This document shows positions 15,001 to 27,612 of a DNA stretch of 34,757 bases, in pieces. The notes under the pieces are model-generated. The model was not told where the DNA came from and searched no databases. It saw only the letters and a list, made by a program, of their open reading frames with translations. Position 1 is the first letter of the stretch. Each line of letters begins with the position of its first letter. A program made the position numbers and the translations under genes. Source of the stretch: Macrostomum lignano (lineage: Eukaryota). The stretch spans positions 1 through 34,757 of the forward strand of contig NIVC01002304.1 of assembly GCA_002269645.1 (NCBI GenBank). Reading direction: 5' to 3'.

Positions 15001-18000
15001 TATCTACAGATGCTGTATAGACTGTAGTAGACAATAGAGTTTATCTACTGTTTCTCATTCTATCTACAGATGCTGTATAGACTGTAGTAGACAATAGAGT
15101 TTATCTACTGTTTCTCATTCTATCTACAGATGCTGTATAGACTGTAGTAGACAATAGAGTTTATCTACTGTTTCTCATTCTATCTACAGATGCTGTATAG
15201 ACTGTAGTAGACAATAGAGTTTATCTACTGTTTCTCATTCTATCTACAGATGCTGTATAGACTGTAGTAGACAATAGAGTTTATCTACTGTTTCTCATTC
15301 TATCTACAGATGCTGTATAGACTGTAGTAGACAATAGAGTTTATCTACTGTTTCTCATTCTATCTACAGATGCTGTATAGACTGTAGTAGACAATAGAGT
15401 TTATCTACTGTTTCTCATTCTATCTACAGATGCTGTATAGACTGTAGTAGACAATAGAGTTTATCTACTGTTTCTCATTCTATCTACAGATGCTGTATAG
15501 ACTGTAGTAGACAATAGAGTTTATCTACTGTTTCTCATTCTATCTACAGATGCTGTATAGACTGTAGTAGACAATAGAGTTTATCTACTGTTTCTCATTC
15601 TATCTACAGATGCTGTATAGACTGTAGTAGACAATAGAGTTTATCTACTGTTTCTCATTCTATCTACAGATGCTGTATAGACTGTAGTAGACAATAGAGT
15701 TTATCTACTGTTTCTCATTCTATCTACAGATGCTGTATAGACTGTAGTAGACAATAGAGTTTATCTACTGTTTCTCATTCTATCTACAGATGCTGTATAG
15801 ACTGTAGTAGACAATAGAGTTTATCTACTGTTTCTCATTCTATCTACAGATGCTGTATAGACTGTAGTAGACAATAGAGTTTATCTACTGTTTCTCATTC
15901 TATCTACAGATGCTGTATAGACTGTAGTAGACAATAGAGTTTATCTACTGTTTCTCATTCTATCTACAGATGCTGTATAGACTGTAGTAGACAATAGAGT
16001 TTATCTACTGTTTCTCATTCTATCTACAGATGCTGTATAGACTGTAGTAGACAATAGAGTTTATCTACTGTTTCTCATTCTATCTACAGATGCTGTATAG
16101 ACTGTAGTAGACAATAGAGTTTATCTACTGTTTCTCATTCTATCTACAGATGCTGTATAGACTGTAGTAGACAATAGAGTTTATCTACTGTTTCTCATTC
16201 TATCTACAGATGCTGTATAGACTGTAGTAGACAATAGAGTTTATCTACTGTTTCTCATTCTATCTACAGATGCTGTATAGACTGTAGTAGACAATAGAGT
16301 TTATCTACTGTTTCTCATTCTATCTACAGATGCTGTATAGACTGTAGTAGACAATAGAGTTTATCTACTGTTTCTCATTCTATCTACAGATGCTGTATAG
16401 ACTGTAGTAGACAATAGAGTTTATCTACTGTTTCTCATTCTATCTACAGATGCTGTATAGACTGTAGTAGACAATAGAGTTTATCTACTGTTTCTCATTC
16501 TATCTACAGATGCTGTATAGACTGTAGTAGACAATAGAGTTTATCTACTGTTTCTCATTCTATCTACAGATGCTGTATAGACTGTAGTAGACAATAGAGT
16601 TTATCTACTGTTTCTCATTCTATCTACAGATGCTGTATAGACTGTAGTAGACAATAGAGTTTATCTACTGTTTCTCATTCTATCTACAGATGCTGTATAG
16701 ACTGTAGTAGACAATAGAGTTTATCTACTGTTTCTCATTCTATCTACAGATGCTGTATAGACTGTAGTAGACAATAGAGTTTATCTACTGTTTCTCATTC
16801 TATCTACAGATGCTGTATAGACTGTAGTAGACAATAGAGTTTATCTACTGTTTCTCATTCTATCTACAGATGCTGTATAGACTGTAGTAGACAATAGAGT
16901 TTATCTACTGTTTCTCATTCTATCTACAGATGCTGTATAGACTGTAGTAGACAATAGAGTTTATCTACTGTTTCTCATTCTATCTACAGATGCTGTATAG
17001 ACTGTAGTAGACAATAGAGTTTATCTACTGTTTCTCATTCTATCTACAGATGCTGTATAGACTGTAGTAGACAATAGAGTTTATCTACTGTTTCTCATTC
17101 TATCTACAGATGCTGTATAGACTGTAGTAGACAATAGAGTTTATCTACTGTTTCTCATTCTATCTACAGATGCTGTATAGACTGTAGTAGACAATAGAGT
17201 TTATCTACTGTTTCTCATTCTATCTACAGATGCTGTATAGACTGTAGTAGACAATAGAGTTTATCTACTGTTTCTCATTCTATCTACAGATGCTGTATAG
17301 ACTGTAGTAGACAATAGAGTTTATCTACTGTTTCTCATTCTATCTACAGATGCTGTATAGACTGTAGTAGACAATAGAGTTTATCTACTGTTTCTCATTC
17401 TATCTACAGATGCTGTATAGACTGTAGTAGACAATAGAGTTTATCTACTGTTTCTCATTCTATCTACAGATGCTGTATAGACTGTAGTAGACAATAGAGT
17501 TTATCTACTGTTTCTCATTCTATCTACAGATGCTGTATAGACTGTAGTAGACAATAGAGTTTATCTACTGTTTCTCATTCTATCTACAGATGCTGTATAG
17601 ACTGTAGTAGACAATAGAGTTTATCTACTGTTTCTCATTCTATCTACAGATGCTGTATAGACTGTAGTAGACAATAGAGTTTATCTACTGTTTCTCATTC
17701 TATCTACAGATGCTGTATAGACTGTAGTAGACAATAGAGTTTATCTACTGTTTCTCATTCTATCTACAGATGCTGTATAGACTGTAGTAGACAATAGAGT
17801 TTATCTACTGTTTCTCATTCTATCTACAGATGCTGTATAGACTGTAGTAGACAATAGAGTTTATCTACTGTTTCTCATTCTATCTACAGATGCTGTATAG
17901 ACTGTAGTAGACAATAGAGTTTATCTACTGTTTCTCATTCTATCTACAGATGCTGTATAGACTGTAGTAGACAATAGAGTTTATCTACTGTTTCTCATTC

Positions 18001-21000
18001 TATCTACAGATGCTGTATAGACTGTAGTAGACAATAGAGTTTATCTACTGTTTCTCATTCTATCTACAGATGCTGTATAGACTGTAGTAGACAATAGAGT
18101 TTATCTACTGTTTCTCATTCTATCTACAGATGCTGTATAGACTGTAGTAGACAATAGAGTTTATCTACTGTTTCTCATTCTATCTACAGATGCTGTATAG
18201 ACTGTAGTAGACAATAGAGTTTATCTACTGTTTCTCATTCTATCTACAGATGCTGTATAGACTGTAGTAGACAATAGAGTTTATCTACTGTTTCTCATTC
18301 TATCTACAGATGCTGTATAGACTGTAGTAGACAATAGAGTTTATCTACTGTTTCTCATTCTATCTACAGATGCTGTATAGACTGTAGTAGACAATAGAGT
18401 TTATCTACTGTTTCTCATTCTATCTACAGATGCTGTATAGACTGTAGTAGACAATAGAGTTTATCTACTGTTTCTCATTCTATCTACAGATGCTGTATAG
18501 ACTGTAGTAGACAATAGAGTTTATCTACTGTTTCTCATTCTATCTACAGATGCTGTATAGACTGTAGTAGACAATAGAGTTTATCTACTGTTTCTCATTC
18601 TATCTACAGATGCTGTATAGACTGTAGTAGACAATAGAGTTTATCTACTGTTTCTCATTCTATCTACAGATGCTGTATAGACTGTAGTAGACAATAGAGT
18701 TTATCTACTGTTTCTCATTCTATCTACAGATGCTGTATAGACTGTAGTAGACAATAGAGTTTATCTACTGTTTCTCATTCTATCTACAGATGCTGTATAG
18801 ACTGTAGTAGACAATAGAGTTTATCTACTGTTTCTCATTCTATCTACAGATGCTGTATAGACTGTAGTAGACAATAGAGTTTATCTACTGTTTCTCATTC
18901 TATCTACAGATGCTGTATAGACTGTAGTAGACAATAGAGTTTATCTACTGTTTCTCATTCTATCTACAGATGCTGTATAGACTGTAGTAGACAATAGAGT
19001 TTATCTACTGTTTCTCATTCTATCTACAGATGCTGTATAGACTGTAGTAGACAATAGAGTTTATCTACTGTTTCTCATTCTATCTACAGATGCTGTATAG
19101 ACTGTAGTAGACAATAGAGTTTATCTACTGTTTCTCATTCTATCTACAGATGCTGTATAGACTGTAGTAGACAATAGAGTTTATCTACTGTTTCTCATTC
19201 TATCTACAGATGCTGTATAGACTGTAGTAGACAATAGAGTTTATCTACTGTTTCTCATTCTATCTACAGATGCTGTATAGACTGTAGTAGACAATAGAGT
19301 TTATCTACTGTTTCTCATTCTATCTACAGATGCTGTATAGACTGTAGTAGACAATAGAGTTTATCTACTGTTTCTCATTCTATCTACAGATGCTGTATAG
19401 ACTGTAGTAGACAATAGAGTTTATCTACTGTTTCTCATTCTATCTACAGATGCTGTATAGACTGTAGTAGACAATAGAGTTTATCTACTGTTTCTCATTC
19501 TATCTACAGATGCTGTATAGACTGTAGTAGACAATAGAGTTTATCTACTGTTTCTCATTCTATCTACAGATGCTGTATAGACTGTAGTAGACAATAGAGT
19601 TTATCTACTGTTTCTCATTCTATCTACAGATGCTGTATAGACTGTAGTAGACAATAGAGTTTATCTACTGTTTCTCATTCTATCTACAGATGCTGTATAG
19701 ACTGTAGTAGACAATAGAGTTTATCTACTGTTTCTCATTCTATCTACAGATGCTGTATAGACTGTAGTAGACAATAGAGTTTATCTACTGTTTCTCATTC
19801 TATCTACAGATGCTGTATAGACTGTAGTAGACAATAGAGTTTATCTACTGTTTCTCATTCTATCTACAGATGCTGTATAGACTGTAGTAGACAATAGAGT
19901 TTATCTACTGTTTCTCATTCTATCTACAGATGCTGTATAGACTGTAGTAGACAATAGAGTTTATCTACTGTTTCTCATTCTATCTACAGATGCTGTATAG
20001 ACTGTAGTAGACAATAGAGTTTATCTACTGTTTCTCATTCTATCTACAGATGCTGTATAGACTGTAGTAGACAATAGAGTTTATCTACTGTTTCTCATTC
20101 TATCTACAGATGCTGTATAGACTGTAGTAGACAATAGAGTTTATCTACTGTTTCTCATTCTATCTACAGATGCTGTATAGACTGTAGTAGACAATAGAGT
20201 TTATCTACTGTTTCTCATTCTATCTACAGATGCTGTATAGACTGTAGTAGACAATAGAGTTTATCTACTGTTTCTCATTCTATCTACAGATGCTGTATAG
20301 ACTGTAGTAGACAATAGAGTTTATCTACTGTTTCTCATTCTATCTACAGATGCTGTATAGACTGTAGTAGACAATAGAGTTTATCTACTGTTTCTCATTC
20401 TATCTACAGATGCTGTATAGACTGTAGTAGACAATAGAGTTTATCTACTGTTTCTCATTCTATCTACAGATGCTGTATAGACTGTAGTAGACAATAGAGT
20501 TTATCTACTGTTTCTCATTCTATCTACAGATGCTGTATAGACTGTAGTAGACAATAGAGTTTATCTACTGTTTCTCATTCTATCTACAGATGCTGTATAG
20601 ACTGTAGTAGACAATAGAGTTTATCTACTGTTTCTCATTCTATCTACAGATGCTGTATAGACTGTAGTAGACAATAGAGTTTATCTACTGTTTCTCATTC
20701 TATCTACAGATGCTGTATAGACTGTAGTAGACAATAGAGTTTATCTACTGTTTCTCATTCTATCTACAGATGCTGTATAGACTGTAGTAGACAATAGAGT
20801 TTATCTACTGTTTCTCATTCTATCTACAGATGCTGTATAGACTGTAGTAGACAATAGAGTTTATCTACTGTTTCTCATTCTATCTACAGATGCTGTATAG
20901 ACTGTAGTAGACAATAGAGTTTATCTACTGTTTCTCATTCTATCTACAGATGCTGTATAGACTGTAGTAGACAATAGAGTTTATCTACTGTTTCTCATTC

Positions 21001-24000
21001 TATCTACAGATGCTGTATAGACTGTAGTAGACAATAGAGTTTATCTACTGTTTCTCATTCTATCTACAGATGCTGTATAGACTGTAGTAGACAATAGAGT
21101 TTATCTACTGTTTCTCATTCTATCTACAGATGCTGTATAGACTGTAGTAGACAATAGAGTTTATCTACTGTTTCTCATTCTATCTACAGATGCTGTATAG
21201 ACTGTAGTAGACAATAGAGTTTATCTACTGTTTCTCATTCTATCTACAGATGCTGTATAGACTGTAGTAGACAATAGAGTTTATCTACTGTTTCTCATTC
21301 TATCTACAGATGCTGTATAGACTGTAGTAGACAATAGAGTTTATCTACTGTTTCTCATTCTATCTACAGATGCTGTATAGACTGTAGTAGACAATAGAGT
21401 TTATCTACTGTTTCTCATTCTATCTACAGATGCTGTATAGACTGTAGTAGACAATAGAGTTTATCTACTGTTTCTCATTCTATCTACAGATGCTGTATAG
21501 ACTGTAGTAGACAATAGAGTTTATCTACTGTTTCTCATTCTATCTACAGATGCTGTATAGACTGTAGTAGACAATAGAGTTTATCTACTGTTTCTCATTC
21601 TATCTACAGATGCTGTATAGACTGTAGTAGACAATAGAGTTTATCTACTGTTTCTCATTCTATCTACAGATGCTGTATAGACTGTAGTAGACAATAGAGT
21701 TTATCTACTGTTTCTCATTCTATCTACAGATGCTGTATAGACTGTAGTAGACAATAGAGTTTATCTACTGTTTCTCATTCTATCTACAGATGCTGTATAG
21801 ACTGTAGTAGACAATAGAGTTTATCTACTGTTTCTCATTCTATCTACAGATGCTGTATAGACTGTAGTAGACAATAGAGTTTATCTACTGTTTCTCATTC
21901 TATCTACAGATGCTGTATAGACTGTAGTAGACAATAGAGTTTATCTACTGTTTCTCATTCTATCTACAGATGCTGTATAGACTGTAGTAGACAATAGAGT
22001 TTATCTACTGTTTCTCATTCTATCTACAGATGCTGTATAGACTGTAGTAGACAATAGAGTTTATCTACTGTTTCTCATTCTATCTACAGATGCTGTATAG
22101 ACTGTAGTAGACAATAGAGTTTATCTACTGTTTCTCATTCTATCTACAGATGCTGTATAGACTGTAGTAGACAATAGAGTTTATCTACTGTTTCTCATTC
22201 TATCTACAGATGCTGTATAGACTGTAGTAGACAATAGAGTTTATCTACTGTTTCTCATTCTATCTACAGATGCTGTATAGACTGTAGTAGACAATAGAGT
22301 TTATCTACTGTTTCTCATTCTATCTACAGATGCTGTATAGACTGTAGTAGACAATAGAGTTTATCTACTGTTTCTCATTCTATCTACAGATGCTGTATAG
22401 ACTGTAGTAGACAATAGAGTTTATCTACTGTTTCTCATTCTATCTACAGATGCTGTATAGACTGTAGTAGACAATAGAGTTTATCTACTGTTTCTCATTC
22501 TATCTACAGATGCTGTATAGACTGTAGTAGACAATAGAGTTTATCTACTGTTTCTCATTCTATCTACAGATGCTGTATAGACTGTAGTAGACAATAGAGT
22601 TTATCTACTGTTTCTCATTCTATCTACAGATGCTGTATAGACTGTAGTAGACAATAGAGTTTATCTACTGTTTCTCATTCTATCTACAGATGCTGTATAG
22701 ACTGTAGTAGACAATAGAGTTTATCTACTGTTTCTCATTCTATCTACAGATGCTGTATAGACTGTAGTAGACAATAGAGTTTATCTACTGTTTCTCATTC
22801 TATCTACAGATGCTGTATAGACTGTAGTAGACAATAGAGTTTATCTACTGTTTCTCATTCTATCTACAGATGCTGTATAGACTGTAGTAGACAATAGAGT
22901 TTATCTACTGTTTCTCATTCTATCTACAGATGCTGTATAGACTGTAGTAGACAATAGAGTTTATCTACTGTTTCTCATTCTATCTACAGATGCTGTATAG
23001 ACTGTAGTAGACAATAGAGTTTATCTACTGTTTCTCATTCTATCTACAGATGCTGTATAGACTGTAGTAGACAATAGAGTTTATCTACTGTTTCTCATTC
23101 TATCTACAGATGCTGTATAGACTGTAGTAGACAATAGAGTTTATCTACTGTTTCTCATTCTATCTACAGATGCTGTATAGACTGTAGTAGACAATAGAGT
23201 TTATCTACTGTTTCTCATTCTATCTACAGATGCTGTATAGACTGTAGTAGACAATAGAGTTTATCTACTGTTTCTCATTCTATCTACAGATGCTGTATAG
23301 ACTGTAGTAGACAATAGAGTTTATCTACTGTTTCTCATTCTATCTACAGATGCTGTATAGACTGTAGTAGACAATAGAGTTTATCTACTGTTTCTCATTC
23401 TATCTACAGATGCTGTATAGACTGTAGTAGACAATAGAGTTTATCTACTGTTTCTCATTCTATCTACAGATGCTGTATAGACTGTAGTAGACAATAGAGT
23501 TTATCTACTGTTTCTCATTCTATCTACAGATGCTGTATAGACTGTAGTAGACAATAGAGTTTATCTACTGTTTCTCATTCTATCTACAGATGCTGTATAG
23601 ACTGTAGTAGACAATAGAGTTTATCTACTGTTTCTCATTCTATCTACAGATGCTGTATAGACTGTAGTAGACAATAGAGTTTATCTACTGTTTCTCATTC
23701 TATCTACAGATGCTGTATAGACTGTAGTAGACAATAGAGTTTATCTACTGTTTCTCATTCTATCTACAGATGCTGTATAGACTGTAGTAGACAATAGAGT
23801 TTATCTACTGTTTCTCATTCTATCTACAGATGCTGTATAGACTGTAGTAGACAATAGAGTTTATCTACTGTTTCTCATTCTATCTACAGATGCTGTATAG
23901 ACTGTAGTAGACAATAGAGTTTATCTACTGTTTCTCATTCTATCTACAGATGCTGTATAGACTGTAGTAGACAATAGAGTTTATCTACTGTTTCTCATTC

Positions 24001-26330
24001 TATCTACAGATGCTGTATAGACTGTAGTAGACAATAGAGTTTATCTACTGTTTCTCATTCTATCTACAGATGCTGTATAGACTGTAGTAGACAATAGAGT
24101 TTATCTACTGTTTCTCATTCTATCTACAGATGCTGTATAGACTGTAGTAGACAATAGAGTTTATCTACTGTTTCTCATTCTATCTACAGATGCTGTATAG
24201 ACTGTAGTAGACAATAGAGTTTATCTACTGTTTCTCATTCTATCTACAGATGCTGTATAGACTGTAGTAGACAATAGAGTTTATCTACTGTTTCTCATTC
24301 TATCTACAGATGCTGTATAGACTGTAGTAGACAATAGAGTTTATCTACTGTTTCTCATTCTATCTACAGATGCTGTATAGACTGTAGTAGACAATAGAGT
24401 TTATCTACTGTTTCTCATTCTATCTACAGATGCTGTATAGACTGTAGTAGACAATAGAGTTTATCTACTGTTTCTCATTCTATCTACAGATGCTGTATAG
24501 ACTGTAGTAGACAATAGAGTTTATCTACTGTTTCTCATTCTATCTACAGATGCTGTATAGACTGTAGTAGACAATAGAGTTTATCTACTGTTTCTCATTC
24601 TATCTACAGATGCTGTATAGACTGTAGTAGACAATAGAGTTTATCTACTGTTTCTCATTCTATCTACAGATGCTGTATAGACTGTAGTAGACAATAGAGT
24701 TTATCTACTGTTTCTCATTCTATCTACAGATGCTGTATAGACTGTAGTAGACAATAGAGTTTATCTACTGTTTCTCATTCTATCTACAGATGCTGTATAG
24801 ACTGTAGTAGACAATAGAGTTTATCTACTGTTTCTCATTCTATCTACAGATGCTGTATAGACTGTAGTAGACAATAGAGTTTATCTACTGTTTCTCATTC
24901 TATCTACAGATGCTGTATAGACTGTAGTAGACAATAGAGTTTATCTACTGTTTCTCATTCTATCTACAGATGCTGTATAGACTGTAGTAGACAATAGAGT
25001 TTATCTACTGTTTCTCATTCTATCTACAGATGCTGTATAGACTGTAGTAGACAATAGAGTTTATCTACTGTTTCTCATTCTATCTACAGATGCTGTATAG
25101 ACTGTAGTAGACAATAGAGTTTATCTACTGTTTCTCATTCTATCTACAGATGCTGTATAGACTGTAGTAGACAATAGAGTTTATCTACTGTTTCTCATTC
25201 TATCTACAGATGCTGTATAGACTGTAGTAGACAATAGAGTTTATCTACTGTTTCTCATTCTATCTACAGATGCTGTATAGACTGTAGTAGACAATAGAGT
25301 TTATCTACTGTTTCTCATTCTATCTACAGATGCTGTATAGACTGTAGTAGACAATAGAGTTTATCTACTGTTTCTCATTCTATCTACAGATGCTGTATAG
25401 ACTGTAGTAGACAATAGAGTTTATCTACTGTTTCTCATTCTATCTACAGATGCTGTATAGACTGTAGTAGACAATAGAGTTTATCTACTGTTTCTCATTC
25501 TATCTACAGATGCTGTATAGACTGTAGTAGACAATAGAGTTTATCTACTGTTTCTCATTCTATCTACAGATGCTGTATAGCTGTAGTAGACAATAGAGTT
25601 TATCTACTGTTTCTCATTCTATCTACAGATGCTGTATAGCTGTAGTAGACAATAGAGTTTATCTACTGTTTCTCATTCTATCTACAGATGCTGTATAGTC
25701 TGTAGTAGACAATAGAATTTATCTACTGTTTCTCATTCTATGTAGTAGACAATAGAGTTTATCTACTGTTTCTCATTCTATCTACAGATGCTGTATAGAC
25801 TGTAGTAGACAATAGAGTTTATCTACTGTTTCTCATTCTATCTACAGATGCTGTATAGACTGTAGTAGACAATAGAGTTTATCTACTGTTTCTCATTCTA
25901 TCTACAGATGCTGTATAGACTGTAGTAGACAATAGAGTTATCTACTGTTTCTCATTCTATCTACAGATGCTGTATAGTCTGTAGTAGACAATAGAGTTTA
26001 TCTACTGTTTCTCATTCTATCTACAGATGCTGTATAGACTGTAGTAGACAATAGAGTTTATCTACTGTTTCTCATTCTATCTACAGATGCTGTATAGACT
26101 GTAGTAGACAATAGAGTTTATCTACTGTTTCTCATTCTATCTACAGATGCTGTATAGACTGTAGTAGACAATAGAGTTTATCTACTGTTTCTCATTCTAT
26201 CTACAGATGCTGTATAGACTGTAGTAGACAATAGAGTTTATCTACTGTTTCTCATTCTATCTACAGATGCTGTATAGACTGTAGTAGACAATAGAGTTTA
26301 TCTACTGTTTCTCATTCTATCTACAGATGC
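1..26330. repeat. 60-bp satellite DNA array, ~439 monomers; consensus TATCTACAGATGCTGTATAGACTGTAGTAGACAATAGAGTTTATCTACTGTTTCTCATTC (33% GC, no CpG)
   Basis: Period of 60 is directly visible: identical 60-nt lines from 3961 to 25560. All six frames of the monomer contain stops, so it is non-coding. The array is truncated by the window start and ends at ...CTACAGATGC|CACAAAC (26330). Confidence 0.99.
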
Positions 26331-26348
26331 CACAAACAATTAACGCTT

Positions 26349-26359
26349 CCCCCCCCCCC
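26349..26359. repeat. C11 homopolymer (G11 on the ADA sense strand) in the short ADA 3' flank
   Basis: Eleven consecutive C read directly. Confidence 0.9.
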
Positions 26360-26366
26360 AGCCAAC

Positions 26367-26965
26367 TCAAAGCCTGACCCTATAGTAGTCATTTAGCTGT
26401 CCCAGTAACAGTTGTCGCTCCTCATCAGGCAGGAAGCTGGCCCAAGCGGCATTGTAATTCGCCTTAACCAACTCCCATGGCGGCAGCCCGACCTGCTCAG
26501 CGCACAGTCGGTATTCCTCAGCCAGCCACTGGCCAGTGAAGGTTGGATCGTCCGAGTTAATAGAATAGCTGGCCCGATCGCTGGCGAACCGGTGCACCGG
26601 ATGGTGCGGCCAGTCGGACAGCACGGCTCCCGTCAGGCGGCTGGACAGTGGGCACACCTCCAGGTGCACCCGACGCTGCAAGATCTGCTGATAGACAGCC
26701 GGATCGTCCAGACAGTGATAGCCGTGCCCGATCCGTTCGGCGTTCATCTTGTCCAGCGCCTCGCTGACCAGAGCCGAGCCGGAGTTCTCGCCCGCGTGAA
26801 CTGTCCTGTGCAGCCCGGCGGCGGAGGCCTGACGAAAGAGTTCTATCAGCTTCGGCGCGGTGCCGCCGGCTAGCTCGTCGGCTCGATCGTCGCCGGCGAG
26901 GTCAACGCCGACAACGCCGTGAGTTGAGTAGGCTTTGGCCAGGGTCAGCGTCTCCGAGCTGCCGT
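26367..26965 (-). CDS. ADA: Adenosine deaminase, coding exon 2 (C-terminal ~199 aa): DGSSETLTLAKAYSTHGVVGVDLAGDD...LHRTVHAGENSG...ERIGHGYH...HLEVCPLSS...YSINSDDPTF...YYRVRL*
   Basis: Minus-strand acceptor ...CTCCCCTCTGGCGCAG|AC GGC AGC, with the frame open to TGA at 26369-26367. It extends the 26367..26747 ORF upstream. ADA motifs present: GxDLAG, TVHAGE (Zn His, catalytic Glu), RIGHGYH, LEVCP, NSDDP. Exon length 599 = 2 + 199 codons, matching the phase-1 donor. Confidence 0.95.
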
Positions 26966-27612
26966 CTGCGCCAGAGGGGAGTGTATAGGCTGTTTATTGA
27001 AGGACGGCTTGTACTTTGGTAAAGTTAGTGAGAACAGGGAGATCTCAGCACATTTAAATGTATTTAAGCGACATTGTCACACAACCGGCGAGAGGCATTA
27101 CTGCTAATTCCGCCCCCGACTCCCCTGAGCAGGCGACACAGGATACGTACGCAGTCATACGCACAGGCACTCACACAGGAGTGTACAGCAGCCCAGACTT
27201 TATTTATCGTTAGGCATGTACACTTGCCAAACCGAGATTCCAATTTAGACCCAAATTACGGCGTAATGTGACTGCACTTGGAATCGAGCCTTGATTCTGC
27301 TCGAAAGTGGCCATTTTGAGCCAAGCAATTGCTTTAATTTATTAAGCAGAATCCGACTGTTCCCATAATTGTAGCCTCAGGGAACGCACTTTTGTGTTGA
27401 AGCGATTGATTTATTATAACCTAACATCTAGCCGGCGCTTCTTAGTTCGATAACTTTATTCGTGTGTTTGTTGCTAAGTAAGGTTACTTAGATAGAAATT
27501 ACTCGTAGTACGGGTCTGTTGCAAAAATTTCCGGAAGGTGTTATTTGAGAACGGCAAGAATAGCCAAGAGTTAAACGCGAGAGACCCACTCAAGAATCTC
27601 CTGGGAAGCTAC
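26966..27612 (-). other. GT-AG spliceosomal intron of ADA (647 nt, phase 1)
   Basis: Donor CCAG|GTAGCT at 27612 and acceptor CGCAG| at 26966. Splicing yields G|AC = Asp and a continuous 350-aa ADA. Confidence 0.9.

Noticed and set aside
1-26330. CRISPR array, telomeric repeat or coding repeat interpretation of the 60-mer
   Set aside because: No unique spacers and no cas genes; no G-rich short telomeric motif; all six frames have stops in every monomer.
1-26330. Hammerhead ribozyme in satellite monomers (as in newt or schistosome satellites)
   Set aside because: Neither strand of the 60-, 25- or 21-mer consensus has the CTGANGA...GAAA core.
26412-26873. 153-aa plus-strand ORF
   Set aside because: Antisense shadow of GC-rich ADA exon 2, non-ATG start, no recognisable motif.
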